DNA of 62,746 bases from Verrucomicrobia bacterium UBA3624 (GCA_002373695.1 DFLH01000011.1:1-62746); one strand, 5' to 3'; positions 9,817 to 19,836 are shown, counted from the stretch's first letter. Notes: a model not told the origin generated them from the sequence alone. Translations and numbers: made by a program.

Positions 9817-12800
9817 TTATCTCACGATCAGCACCGTTCCGCTGACGAAACCGCTGATGGTGACCGTGGCATCCGTCGCCTTCACGCCGATCTGCCACTG
9901 GCGCAACAGCGTATCGTCGAACGTGCCGGCCTCCAGCAAGGCCTGCGACTCTGCGGATATCGAGCGGGCCGAGAACAGGATGGCCGAGAACGACTTGGCG
10001 CCGGCAGGCAGTTCCGGGACGGAATACCTCACGTCGCCGGACACGGAGAGGGCGCCTATGCCGGAGAGAGATGCGCAAGTGGCGCCGCCGCCGAAGGAAA
10101 CGGCCACGTCGTTCCCGCCGAACGATGCAGTCCCCGCAATCGTTCCGCCGTTCAGCTCCAGGGTCTTCACGCCGGAAAGCGTCGCGCCGGAGAACGACTG
10201 CGTGCCCGTGCCGGAAAGGACGAGCGTCCCCGATCCGGCAACCGTCCCGGAGAACGTGGCGTCGGCGCAGGCGTTTATCTCGCCCGTCGCGCCCCACTGA
10301 AGATCCAGCGTGCCGGCTCCTGAAAGCGGTCCGAACTTCTCGTAGTCCGTGGAGAGCCTGAGCGTCGCGCCCTGATGTATGGCAACCGGCGAGCGGTCGC
10401 CGATGGAATCGCCGGCCCCCATGTCGAGAAGAGGCCACTTTTCGGAAAGCGGAAACGGCCCGACCTCCTGGTAGCTCTCCGTCAGAACGGAGCCGCCCGG
10501 CACGTAGCCGCTTACAGAATCCACCACCGAGAAGGACGAAAAGCCGCTGCTGTTCGATATTCCCAGCTTCCAGGCGCTCGGGAGCCTGTCGTTCTGGGAA
10601 TCCTTGTAAGAAGTGCTGGTGAAGGAGTACGAATCGAACTCCAGCTCCTTGTGCGCGTTGATTATGACGAAGCTCGGCATCGTCCTCACGAACGTGCGTT
10701 CCGCGCTGGAAGAAGAGCCGTCGCCGTATTCCAGCACGTTGTTGTGCAGGTTTTCGCGCGCGCCGGAATATACTACGGAGCCATATATGGCGGACGTGGT
10801 CTCCGCCGGCCATTCCACCCTCTGTCCATCCTTCAGCAGGCTTATCTCCGAAAGCTGCCATCCCCAGGAGTCGCGGCCCCTGTCCGGGTTGCATGTCTCG
10901 TACACTGCAAGCATGAAGTACTGGGCCTTGAGCTTTCGGTGCGTGTCGCGGGCGGAACCGGCCGCGAAATACCTTTCCGGCAGCGTGTAAAGACCCGAGC
11001 CTGGCGACGTCGCGGCGCCACCAGGAATGAACGGCCCACGCTCCACTCCGGGTGCGGTCGCGCTGAACGCGGTAGCCGCACCGTCCTCCGCCGACCATGC
11101 AAACTCCCCCTTGTCGCAGACGGCCCACGTCGCGTTGTCGTTCGACACCTCCACCGTCCACGCCACGGGCGTGCGGTTGACGTCGATCGAGTTGCCATGC
11201 GGCGAATACCACGAATAGGACGAGAACCTTACACCCGCCGCGGTGGCGTCGATCACGACCGGAGGATAGGCGTATTTCCCGCTGGCATCTGCCTTCACGA
11301 GCATTCGCGTCGACACATCGCCGTCGATCAACCGCATCGGAGTCTCAGAGTGGTCGCCTCCTGTCCCGAGCTTGTAGGCCGTGCTGTTCTCCGGCCACGG
11401 CACCGCGGCGCCGGTCTCGTCGCAGATCACGAACTCGTTCATGCCCCACGGGTAGCCGGAATTGTACGTGCCGTGCGTGGCGGTGGGGGTGATCTTGATG
11501 TAGCGGGCCGACACGGAGGCGGCGGTGCGCCTGCGGGCGACCGTCAGCACGCCGCCGTACACGACGGTCGGACCGGTGTAGGAGCAGTCCTCCGTCTCGA
11601 TCGTCCGTTCGCCCGAGCCACGCTTCACAAGGCCAAGCTTGCCGCTTTCCCCGTCGGCGAGCCGTCCGAACAGGTGCTCTCCGGCGCGTGAGTCGTCGAG
11701 CAGCACGGAAACCGTCGCGTCGCCTCCGTTCTTCACCGTGAGGTTCTGGGGGCTTGTCACGGAAATCGGCTGCTCCGCGCCACCGCGCGAAGAAAGGGCC
11801 AGCTTGGCATTCGAATCTGCGGACGTGCCGGTGGACTCGAACGCCGCCGTGTATCCCGACAGATTCCCGGGCGCGAACGTGCTGCCGTCCTCAATCCGCA
11901 CGTTGAGCGCACCGGAGAGAGAACCCGCCGTCAGCACGTCGTTGGCGGAAATCCTGAACTGGCGGTTGGCGTTGGGCGTGGACGAAAGCGATATGTCCGT
12001 GTCTTCCCCGAAGGGAGCGCCAGGCCGGGATTTCGCGCTGAAGAGGATGTTCGTGGAGGATGTCGTCATCTGCCTCGAATACCACTCGAAGTTCCGTCTT
12101 GAATCCACCAGAGTCCAGCCAAGGTTGTCGACATCGCTGCGCTGGATGTACACATCCCACCCGGAGGGACGGTAGGACGTGTCCTGACTCTGCCCGTCGT
12201 ACGGGGATATCCTGTATCCGTCCACCAACGGGAATCCCTTCAAAGACAATACCACCGTCTGGACGCCGGTCTCCGTCGCCTGCCAGAAGGTGTTGGCCTG
12301 GCCGTCGTGCAGGTTTGCGACTCCATCGCCGCTGGTTGCCGTTCCCTCGGTGACTACCACCGGAAATCCACTGGAGGTGGGCTGTATTTCACCCAAGCGT
12401 ACCGGCTTCGATTCATCTGAGGGATACAGCACGAACTTGACCTTGCCGGGGCGATCAAGGATGCGGAGAGCCTTGTCGCTCGTCAGCGACGAAACGGGCG
12501 CATCGACGGTGGGGCTTCGCAGCCATGTGGTGGCGTTGGCGCTTGCGATCTCTATCTTGCCCGGAAGTTCCTCGATCGTTCCATAGTACTGCGAAGTCGC
12601 CGACCCGTTGTCCAGCGTCAGCGTCACTCCCGTCTGCGACGTGTTGACTATGCGTCCCGGAACCGTGCGCAGCGCATCGGCGGCGAGGATATTCGCTATC
12701 CTATCTACGGCAAAAGAGCGGCCGTTCAAGTCGAGCGTACCATGCACGCGGAGGATGGGGCTTGACGCAAAGGGGTTGTCTACGCCTATCGAGAGCGACG

Positions 12801-13005
12801 CACCCTCGGCCACCGTGACGTCCGTGACCTCGGCCGGCAGCTGCGCGACAAGCGTCCCCTCGCCCGACGAAACGGTCAACGCGCTTCCGGTCATTTCGTA
12901 TTCCGCACCGGTGATACAGGCCGTTTCGGCATGCGCGCAGCATATTGCCAACGCCGCAACCGCGGCACATATCGCTCCCGATGGTGTTATTGCCTTCATG
13001 TCCAT
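9817..13005 (-). CDS. Secreted passenger-repeat protein with several discoidin/F5-8C-like modules
   Basis: Signal peptide; GLVKRGSG..YTGPTVVYGG repeat; three modules ending in P-x-[AG]-W with ARYIKI / NLHDG / RLIDGD motifs; ends FVSGTVLIVR. Confidence 0.8.
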   Translation of the reverse strand: MDMKAITPSGAICAAVAALAICCAHAETACITGAEYEMTGSALTVSSGEGTLVAQLPAEVTDVTVAEGASLSIGVDNPFASSPILRVHGTLDLNGRSFAVDRIANILAADALRTVPGRIVNTSQTGVTLTLDNGSATSQYYGTIEELPGKIEIASANATTWLRSPTVDAPVSSLTSDKALRILDRPGKVKFVLYPSDESKPVRLGEIQPTSSGFPVVVTEGTATSGDGVANLHDGQANTFWQATETGVQTVVLSLKGFPLVDGYRISPYDGQSQDTSYRPSGWDVYIQRSDVDNLGWTLVDSRRNFEWYSRQMTTSSTNILFSAKSRPGAPFGEDTDISLSSTPNANRQFRISANDVLTAGSLSGALNVRIEDGSTFAPGNLSGYTAAFESTGTSADSNAKLALSSRGGAEQPISVTSPQNLTVKNGGDATVSVLLDDSRAGEHLFGRLADGESGKLGLVKRGSGERTIETEDCSYTGPTVVYGGVLTVARRRTAASVSARYIKITPTATHGTYNSGYPWGMNEFVICDETGAAVPWPENSTAYKLGTGGDHSETPMRLIDGDVSTRMLVKADASGKYAYPPVVIDATAAGVRFSSYSWYSPHGNSIDVNRTPVAWTVEVSNDNATWAVCDKGEFAWSAEDGAATAFSATAPGVERGPFIPGGAATSPGSGLYTLPERYFAAGSARDTHRKLKAQYFMLAVYETCNPDRGRDSWGWQLSEISLLKDGQRVEWPAETTSAIYGSVVYSGARENLHNNVLEYGDGSSSSAERTFVRTMPSFVIINAHKELEFDSYSFTSTSYKDSQNDRLPSAWKLGISNSSGFSSFSVVDSVSGYVPGGSVLTESYQEVGPFPLSEKWPLLDMGAGDSIGDRSPVAIHQGATLRLSTDYEKFGPLSGAGTLDLQWGATGEINACADATFSGTVAGSGTLVLSGTGTQSFSGATLSGVKTLELNGGTIAGTASFGGNDVAVSFGGGATCASLSGIGALSVSGDVRYSVPELPAGAKSFSAILFSARSISAESQALLEAGTFDDTLLRQWQIGVKATDATVTISGFVSGTVLIVR

Positions 13006-13101
13006 GTCCTTTCCTTGTAGATGAGCCTGTCACTTGACACGCAAATGCAAACTGACAATACCGTACGCGTCAACCTGCGATGGTGTGCCGAAATCCCCAT
13101 G

Positions 13102-14769
13102 TCAAATCTCCAGCACCTGTCCTGCCGCAAGAAGTTCCTGGCGAAGCCGGGAATAATCCACGTCCTGCACCGGAACTCCGCCGGAAGCCGCTAGCGACGC
13201 GGCAGTTCCCGCCGCCTGACCCAGGGCGAAGAACACAGGCTCCATCCGTATCGAGCCGAACGCGATGTGCGACGCGGAAAGGCACACGGGCACGAGCAGG
13301 TTTCCGCACGTCCCCCGCTTCGGCACTATCGCGCCGTAGTCGATCGGATACGGCTTGAACCGCTTGCCGTTCGCGTCCCTGCCAACCTGAACGTCGCCCT
13401 CGTTATGAGCGAACCCGTCGTCCCCGACGTGCCGGCGCACGTGGTGGGAGTCCATGTTGTAGGCACCCATCGCCACCGGACGAAGAGCTTTCGCGTTGCC
13501 GCGGCAGTTGTGTTCGGTCATGACATATTCGCCTACCATTCTCCTGGCCTCGCGCACGTAGAGCTGCCTCTGCCAGCCATCGCCCAGACCATCTTCGAAC
13601 TCGTCCTTGCACGTGCCCCAGCGCGACACTTCCCTCCTGATCTTCTCCGGCACTCGCGGATGGTTCGCAAGCGTCCACATAAGCCCCCGCTGGTACTTGA
13701 GGTGGTCTGCCGCGATTTTCTCCCGTTCGGCGTAGGACGCCTCTGGCCACTCCCGGCTGCGGCCGATGAAGTCGGTGGAGAAGCCAGTCCGGTTGTTCGT
13801 GTCCGTCTTGCGGTTTGGCATCTTGGAGTTGATCCACGGCATGCCGCTTCGGTCCAGCGGCGCGATCGCCAGATGCCGGAACAGAAGCTCGTACTGCATT
13901 TCGTCGTATCCGTCGGGCTTGGAGAACGGAATGCGGTTGTCAGGGTCGTCCGTAAGGCACATGCGAAAGCAGTACGCCTGAACCCGGCTGTCGCCGTCTC
14001 CGGGCTTCAAGTCCGGGTCTTGAGGTTCCACTCCCGGCAGGAGTCCGCTCGACGGATCGCCCTTCACAACGTACGGATCAGTGCCGGGATTGAGCTGATG
14101 GAACTTCGCCTGCCCCGGCTCGTTACCGTTCAGCGTCTCGCCGTACGTGGAATTGGACTCGCGTCCGACCACATAGGACACGCCGGCGGCGGCCATGAGG
14201 TCGCCCTCGTATGTCGCGTCTATGAACACCTTTCCACTATAGACCCGGCCGGAGAGGGTCCTTATGGCGACAATCTTACCGTCTCTTTTCTCTACGCCGG
14301 ATTCCCTGTCCAGGAACTCGCCGCGGCGGATGTCAAGCCCGTCCGCACGTTCCCACCCCTCGAGTATCTTGAGGGCGGCAGACGGCTCGAACGTCCACAT
14401 CGAATCTCGTCCCTTGGAGCCTGCGCACTGGCCGTCCGGGAAGTATTCTTCCGGCTTCTGGCGGGTCCAGTTGCTCCTGTCGGCGTAGTAAGAAGCCACG
14501 TCCCTGTAGAATTCAAGGGCGATTCCGCCGAAAGCGGACTTGTTTCCGATGTCGGTCTGCCCAAGCCCTCCGGTAGTAAGCCCCCCGATGCGACGCTCCG
14601 GCGAAACCACCACGGCGCTCATTCCCATGCGCTTCGCCTGCCGCGCCGCGGCAATCGCCGCAGGGGTACTGCCGTAGATCACGATATCGCACGTCGTACG
14701 TCCCTCCTTCCATCCGACGCACCCCGACGATACCGCCAGCGCGACACAAAAAGCAAATATCCTTGACAT
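13102..14769 (-). CDS. FAD-dependent oxidoreductase (FAD_oxidored family), putative lipoprotein
   Basis: Start ATG 14769 after an AAAGGA RBS; lipobox-like VSSGC; DIVIYGST, GGLTTGGLG, FIDATYEGD, LYVREARR and SIRMEP motifs. Confidence 0.9.
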   Translation of the reverse strand: MSRIFAFCVALAVSSGCVGWKEGRTTCDIVIYGSTPAAIAAARQAKRMGMSAVVVSPERRIGGLTTGGLGQTDIGNKSAFGGIALEFYRDVASYYADRSNWTRQKPEEYFPDGQCAGSKGRDSMWTFEPSAALKILEGWERADGLDIRRGEFLDRESGVEKRDGKIVAIRTLSGRVYSGKVFIDATYEGDLMAAAGVSYVVGRESNSTYGETLNGNEPGQAKFHQLNPGTDPYVVKGDPSSGLLPGVEPQDPDLKPGDGDSRVQAYCFRMCLTDDPDNRIPFSKPDGYDEMQYELLFRHLAIAPLDRSGMPWINSKMPNRKTDTNNRTGFSTDFIGRSREWPEASYAEREKIAADHLKYQRGLMWTLANHPRVPEKIRREVSRWGTCKDEFEDGLGDGWQRQLYVREARRMVGEYVMTEHNCRGNAKALRPVAMGAYNMDSHHVRRHVGDDGFAHNEGDVQVGRDANGKRFKPYPIDYGAIVPKRGTCGNLLVPVCLSASHIAFGSIRMEPVFFALGQAAGTAASLAASGGVPVQDVDYSRLRQELLAAGQVLEI

Positions 14770-14853
14770 TACACGTCCTTTCCGGGCAAGTTTCCTCATG
14801 TCCGATGCGTGTATCTTATCATACCCCCCCCCTAGCGTGTCAATCGGCAATTT
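14770..14853 (-). promoter_or_regulatory. Promoter/leader element, copy 1
   Basis: TTGACA-19 nt (G-run)-TAAGAT plus leader and RBS; closely similar to 28373-28457. Confidence 0.75.
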
Positions 14854-14911
14854 CGGAGATTCGACATAGCATTTGCGGACACCGGCGGTTTCTGGTATCA
14901 TACGCCGCCAC

Positions 14912-15853
14912 ATGGAACGAAACGACATTGCCGCCATCGCGCCAGCCTCATCCTTCACCTCGCCGCGAATTCTCGCCTGGGAGGTGACGCGCCAATGCCC
15001 CTTGAAATGCCGCCATTGCAGGGCCGGAGCCGCCAACGTGCGAAACGCCAACGAGCTGAACACGGAAGAATGCCGCAAGATCATCGACACCCTGCCGCCG
15101 CTAATGGTCATATGGACCGGCGGAGAGCCAATGATGCGCAACGATATCCTCGAACTCGTGCGACATGCGACGGCACGAGGGCTCCGCAGCGTCATGGCCC
15201 CGTGCGGGATGCTCGTAACCGAAGAACGGATGGCCGCACTGAAGTCGGCAGGGGTGATGGCATGCTCGTTCTCGCTCGACGGACCGGATGCAGCCTCGCA
15301 CGATTCCTTCCGCGGCGTGCAAGGCGCCTACGGCAACGTGATACGTGCAATGGGCATGGCCAGGTCCGTCGGCATGCCCTTCCAGGTGAACACCACCGTC
15401 TCACGCATGAACGCAGATCGCCTAGACGCCATCTACGACAAGGCCGTGGAGATGGGCGCCGCAAAACTTGATCTCTTCTTTCTCGTCCCCGTCGGCCGCG
15501 GCAGGAACATGGCCGAATACGCCTTGACGGATGATCAGACGCGCCGGACGCTCGATTGGGCTTTCGGCAAGGCCCGTTCCGGGCCGCTCGCGGTAAAGGA
15601 AACGTGCTGCCCGTCCGCACCGGCGTACTGGACGGCCGCAGGCGGCGAAGCCGCTTGCGGCCCGCGGCCATGCGGATGCCTGGGCGGACGAGGTTTCGCG
15701 TTCCTGTCGCACATTGGCGATTTACAGACATGCGGCTTTATCGACAAGCCGTGCGGCAACATCAGGGACTTCGACTTCAACTTCAATGCCCTCGTCGCCG
15801 CCGCCGCAAACCCCCTCGGCCCTCGCGGCAGCTGCAGGGGAGCTATCGCCTGA
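14912..15853 (+). CDS. Radical SAM protein, NirJ/AhbC/AhbD-like, shortened SPASM region
   Basis: WEVTRQCPLKCRHC (CxxxCxxC), TGGEP, SLDG, FFLVPVGRG and GCLGGRGFAFLSHIGDLQTCGF motifs. Confidence 0.8.
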   Translation: MERNDIAAIAPASSFTSPRILAWEVTRQCPLKCRHCRAGAANVRNANELNTEECRKIIDTLPPLMVIWTGGEPMMRNDILELVRHATARGLRSVMAPCGMLVTEERMAALKSAGVMACSFSLDGPDAASHDSFRGVQGAYGNVIRAMGMARSVGMPFQVNTTVSRMNADRLDAIYDKAVEMGAAKLDLFFLVPVGRGRNMAEYALTDDQTRRTLDWAFGKARSGPLAVKETCCPSAPAYWTAAGGEAACGPRPCGCLGGRGFAFLSHIGDLQTCGFIDKPCGNIRDFDFNFNALVAAAANPLGPRGSCRGAIA

Positions 15854-16688
15854 CGGCGTCCAGCGCCTGCCAGAACGGCGCAAGGAAGGCGCCGTCATCG
15901 TCCGTTTCCATTCCAAGCGTCACCGTTGGCTTGTTCGCGCCGTGGTAGTCGCTGCCTGCCGTCGCCACAAGGCCGAGTTCGCGGGCGACACGCAGGTGCA
16001 GCACCGTCTCTTGAGGCGTGTTGGCCTGGTATACGGCCTCGATGCCGTCCAGGCCCATGTCCTTCAGGTGCGCCAAGCCGCTTCTCAACGCCTCTTCATC
16101 GGATGTCCAATACCTCGGATGGGCCATGACAGCCACGCCTCCGGCTCCATGGACTATCTCTATGGCCTTCGCCTGGGCCGGACGGTAGCGCGTAACATAT
16201 GCCGGCGCACCGTCGCCGACGAACCTGGCGAAAGCATCCTTGACGTCGGACGCGAATCCCTTGTCCACCAGCACTCGCGCAATATGCGGGCGCGCGACTA
16301 TCTTTCCGTTGGCGTACCGCCTGACCTCGTCAATGGATATGTGAATGCCCAACTCGTTCAGACGGGCGAGTATCTTGGCATTTCTCTCGTCCCTTCCGGC
16401 GCGTATCTCGTCGAGGAATTCATTCAGGCACGGCGCTTCTGGATCTATCCCAAGCCCAAGCAGGTGGAACTTGCGGTAGACTTCTCCAGGCTCGATGCTC
16501 AACTCGATGCCGGCCAGCCGGCGCCCTGACGCGCCGATACGTCTTCCCTCCGCCAGAAACCGCGCACATCCGTCGCAATTGTCGTGATCGGTCAGCGCCA
16601 TCGCCGTGAAGCCACGCCCCGCCGCCGCCAGCGATTCGGGCGCATCCGTCCCGTCGCTTGCCGTGCTATGCACATGGAAATCTACCAT
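15843..16688 (-). CDS. PHP-domain phosphoesterase (TrpH/YciV-like)
   Basis: DFHVHSTASDG, ALTDHD, RPHIA, MAHP and AGSDYHG motifs; TGATG coupling with the upstream gene. Confidence 0.9.
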   Translation of the reverse strand: MVDFHVHSTASDGTDAPESLAAAGRGFTAMALTDHDNCDGCARFLAEGRRIGASGRRLAGIELSIEPGEVYRKFHLLGLGIDPEAPCLNEFLDEIRAGRDERNAKILARLNELGIHISIDEVRRYANGKIVARPHIARVLVDKGFASDVKDAFARFVGDGAPAYVTRYRPAQAKAIEIVHGAGGVAVMAHPRYWTSDEEALRSGLAHLKDMGLDGIEAVYQANTPQETVLHLRVARELGLVATAGSDYHGANKPTVTLGMETDDDGAFLAPFWQALDAVRR

Positions 16689-17473
16689 CAGTATTCGCGG
16701 ATCTTGATGTTGCGGAAACTGACGGTGGAGTCGTGATGGTCCTGGATGAGGATGCGCCCCGTCTCGAGCTCGCCCCACCTGCCGCCATCCGTTCCCCACG
16801 TGGCGTACTTGGACGCGCCGACCAGCTTGCGGAACGATTCGGAGCCGCGTTCGTACTCCAGCACCTTGACGCCATTGAGCCAGTGCTCCACATGGCTTCC
16901 TCTTGAGACGAGACGGGCCGTGTTCCATTCCCCGAGCGGCTTCACGACCGATTCGGCATGCGCCGGCATCAGGTCGTACAGCGAAGCCACCCTGCGGTTG
17001 CCGTCCCGCCCCTTCTTCGCATCCGGGTGCGCATCGTCGAGGATCTGGTACTCCTCGCACGTGCCCTTGTTGCGGTCGGGCTTGAAGAAGTACTTGATGC
17101 CGCTGTTTGCGGCAGCTGTCAGCCTGAAGTCCAGCACAAGCTCGAAATCCCTGTATTCCCTGACGGTCGTTATGTCGCCGCCGCCGCCAAGCGCGGCCTG
17201 TTCGGGAGGAAGATCCACCCACTTGCCGTCCTTTATGGCCTTGCACGGCAGAACCGTCAGTACGCCGTCCTCTATCTTCCAGCCTTTGGCCGGCGCGGCC
17301 TTGCAGCCGGTCTTCACCCCCACCCATCCGTCGAGCGTCTTTCCATCCCACAGCAGCTTCCAGCCTGCGGCCTTCTCCGCATCCGTAAGCGTGTTGGGGC
17401 AGGCGCACTGCCTGGTTGTCGCGCATCCGGCCAGAATCGCCGCCGCAGCCATCACAGGAACGAGTCTATTCAT
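16688..17473 (-). CDS. DUF1080 (3-keto-disaccharide hydrolase-like) lipoprotein
   Basis: LAGC lipobox; WKLLWDGKTLDGW, ANSGIKY, EYQILDD, GEWN and IQDH..VSFRNIKIRE motifs. Confidence 0.9.
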   Translation of the reverse strand: MNRLVPVMAAAAILAGCATTRQCACPNTLTDAEKAAGWKLLWDGKTLDGWVGVKTGCKAAPAKGWKIEDGVLTVLPCKAIKDGKWVDLPPEQAALGGGGDITTVREYRDFELVLDFRLTAAANSGIKYFFKPDRNKGTCEEYQILDDAHPDAKKGRDGNRRVASLYDLMPAHAESVVKPLGEWNTARLVSRGSHVEHWLNGVKVLEYERGSESFRKLVGASKYATWGTDGGRWGELETGRILIQDHHDSTVSFRNIKIREY

Positions 17474-17489
17474 GCTTTTCTCCATTCGG

Positions 17490-18953
17490 TCATTTGTTCA
17501 ACAGATTCTTGGTCTCGGCGATGAGCGCCGCATAGTCGCCGGACTTGTAGTTCAGGGCCGCCTTGAGGTCGTACTTCGCCGCCAGGGCCGACAGTTCCGC
17601 GGAATTTCCGCCACGCGCCTTGAGGATATTGAACTTTTCCGCCTGCTGGATGCCGTCGACGAGAGTCAGGAAACGGATTGACGGCGAGCCGTCGGGATAC
17701 ACTAGAAACGTATCGCCGCTGCGCCATCCTCCACCCTTCCACGGCGGCGAATACGACGCGTCTGCGCACGCATCGGCAGGCCAGCTGTTGTACGCCCAGC
17801 GCAGAAGTCCGTCCAGCCCGGACGCCGCCGGATAGAAACCGCACCAGAACGCCTCGTCCTGCGGCGAGTCCATGAACGTGTTCGGTCGCACCGGCGCGCA
17901 GCAGATGTAGTACGTCGTGATCTTCCCCTCTTTCCGGCGCTGCGGAACTTCCGCGAGGAAGTCCGGCGTCACATGGCCCAAGGACTGCGAATAGCTGTCG
18001 AGGTCTATGCCTTTGAATTCCGAAGGCTTGCGGTTGCCCGCCATGGCTATTTTCAGGCCAGGCGCGTTCGTGCGCAGGAACGACACGGTGTTGCGCAGAT
18101 CCTCCGGCGAACGCTCGTCGAGGGAGATGTATGCGTCATCTAGCCAGCCCTTCTCCTTCAAGTGGCCGGCGAACGCCTTTAGATACGGCCCCCAATATTC
18201 GGCGAAGAACGGCGCACCCGGCTTCGCCTCGGCCTTCTGCAGACTGCCGGACGCGTCCTGCCAGCTGACCATGTACCCCCATGGGCACATGGTATAGCAG
18301 GCGATTTGCGGCCCGAGCCCGCAGGCGCGGCCGAACTCGACATAGCGGTCGAACTCGTCGAAGTCGTACGCCCATGTTCCGTCGGTCTTCCTCACTACGC
18401 GGATCAGGGCCTCGTATCCGTCGTAGCACTGGTGGTTCCACGGCAGGTCCACGAGCGTCACCGTAAGCGTCTTCTGCCCGGCCGCGGCCAGCATCTCCCA
18501 CAGCGGTCGCATCGCATCGTAGTGGGCGCGGGAGAAAGGCCACGCGCACGCCGCGCGCGCCACGGCCCAGGGATGCTGCCATAGATCGAGATGGTATTTC
18601 CATTCCTTCGCGGGCGGCAGCACGCGGTCGACAACGCGCATCTTCACGTCGCCGAACTTGTACGTGCCTGGCTTCGCATCCGCCGCCACGGCGACAGACA
18701 CGACCCGCCGCCCGTCCATGGTGGCGTTCCACAGCACGCGGTCCGCAGCCACGGCGTAGTCGTTCCCGCGTGGCGTCTTTACGAACTTGACGTCCTGCAA
18801 CACGCCAACCTTCACGGCGAACCCTGCAGGAGCCCGTCCCGCCTTCTCTCCCGCCGGCAGCAGCGCGGTCACGGTTTCGCCACGCCATGCGGCCAATTCG
18901 ATCGCGGACGCCGAAAGCGCCACGCAACATAACGGTAACAATATTTTCTTCAT
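17490..18953 (-). CDS. DUF4091-domain glycoside hydrolase (GH123-like), secreted
   Basis: LDLWQHPWAVAR, LDER, GLLRWAYNSW, GDTFLVYP and SIRF motifs. Confidence 0.8.
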   Translation of the reverse strand: MKKILLPLCCVALSASAIELAAWRGETVTALLPAGEKAGRAPAGFAVKVGVLQDVKFVKTPRGNDYAVAADRVLWNATMDGRRVVSVAVAADAKPGTYKFGDVKMRVVDRVLPPAKEWKYHLDLWQHPWAVARAACAWPFSRAHYDAMRPLWEMLAAAGQKTLTVTLVDLPWNHQCYDGYEALIRVVRKTDGTWAYDFDEFDRYVEFGRACGLGPQIACYTMCPWGYMVSWQDASGSLQKAEAKPGAPFFAEYWGPYLKAFAGHLKEKGWLDDAYISLDERSPEDLRNTVSFLRTNAPGLKIAMAGNRKPSEFKGIDLDSYSQSLGHVTPDFLAEVPQRRKEGKITTYYICCAPVRPNTFMDSPQDEAFWCGFYPAASGLDGLLRWAYNSWPADACADASYSPPWKGGGWRSGDTFLVYPDGSPSIRFLTLVDGIQQAEKFNILKARGGNSAELSALAAKYDLKAALNYKSGDYAALIAETKNLLNK

Positions 18954-18993
18954 GCCAATCTTCTCTCTTTACGTGCGATCGCCGAAAATTATA

Positions 18994-19836
18994 TCACAAT
19001 GCGGGAACTCCGGCCCGCGCGCGCAAGGCGCGGGCGACATCCGGCACGGCATCGAGCAGCCGGCGCGTATAATCGCTCGCCGGATGCGCGAACACCTCTT
19101 CCGCAGGCCCGGAATCTTCAAATACTCCATGATGCATCACGCATACGCGGTCGCATACGTTCCGCACGACGGCCAGGTCGTGGGCGATGAGGATCACCGC
19201 CAAGTTCAGGTTTCGGCGCAGGTCGCGCAACAGGTTGAGGATTCGCGCCTGCACAGACACGTCGAGCGCCGACACCGGCTCGTCCGCCACCAGCACGCGC
19301 GGCCCCGCCGCAAGCGCCCTGGCAAACGACACGCGCTGGCACTGTCCCCCGGAGAGCTCGCGAGGATACTGGTCCAGCACCGCGTCCGACAGACCGACGA
19401 TCCCCAGCAGATCTTCCGGCTTCTGCACGGCCTGGCGGTTCGCAGGCCCCCGCCCTCCGCCCGCCGTGATCTTCACAACCTCGTTCAGCGTCTGCCGGAT
19501 CGTCATGCGCGGATTTAGCGACCCTGCGGCATCCTGGAACACCATCTGCACGTCGCGCCTGTATGCCTGCCTGCCGGCGGCATCAAGGCTGGCGATGTCT
19601 TTTCCGCAGAACACGATGGAACCTCCGGCCACGGGCTGCAGCAGCATCAACGCCTTGGCGATCGTCGATTTGCCGCTTCCCGATTCGCCGACTATGCCAA
19701 GCGTCTCCCCCTCGTCGAGCGTAAAATCCACGCCCCTTACTGCCTCCACCGGCCTGCTCCCGGGCCTGCGGTACACGATGCGCAAGCCGCGCACCTCGAA
19801 CAGCGGAGAATGTCCGTCTGCCGGCTTTTCTACCAC
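18994..19836 (-). CDS. Oligopeptide/dipeptide-type ABC transporter ATP-binding protein (OppF/DppF-like)
   Basis: Walker A GESGSGKST, LSGGQ, ADEPVSALD; GTG start overlaps the upstream stop with a GGAG RBS. Confidence 0.9.
   Translation of the reverse strand: MVEKPADGHSPLFEVRGLRIVYRRPGSRPVEAVRGVDFTLDEGETLGIVGESGSGKSTIAKALMLLQPVAGGSIVFCGKDIASLDAAGRQAYRRDVQMVFQDAAGSLNPRMTIRQTLNEVVKITAGGGRGPANRQAVQKPEDLLGIVGLSDAVLDQYPRELSGGQCQRVSFARALAAGPRVLVADEPVSALDVSVQARILNLLRDLRRNLNLAVILIAHDLAVVRNVCDRVCVMHHGVFEDSGPAEEVFAHPASDYTRRLLDAVPDVARALRARAGVPAL

Noticed and set aside
9803-11212. N-terminal ~470 aa of the 1583-aa ORF
   Set aside because: Overlaps the real 9817-13005 gene in another frame; the true start is 9802.
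14912-15853. Radical SAM as a RiPP maturase
   Set aside because: No precursor peptide or RRE domain visible; the motifs fit the NirJ/Ahb group.
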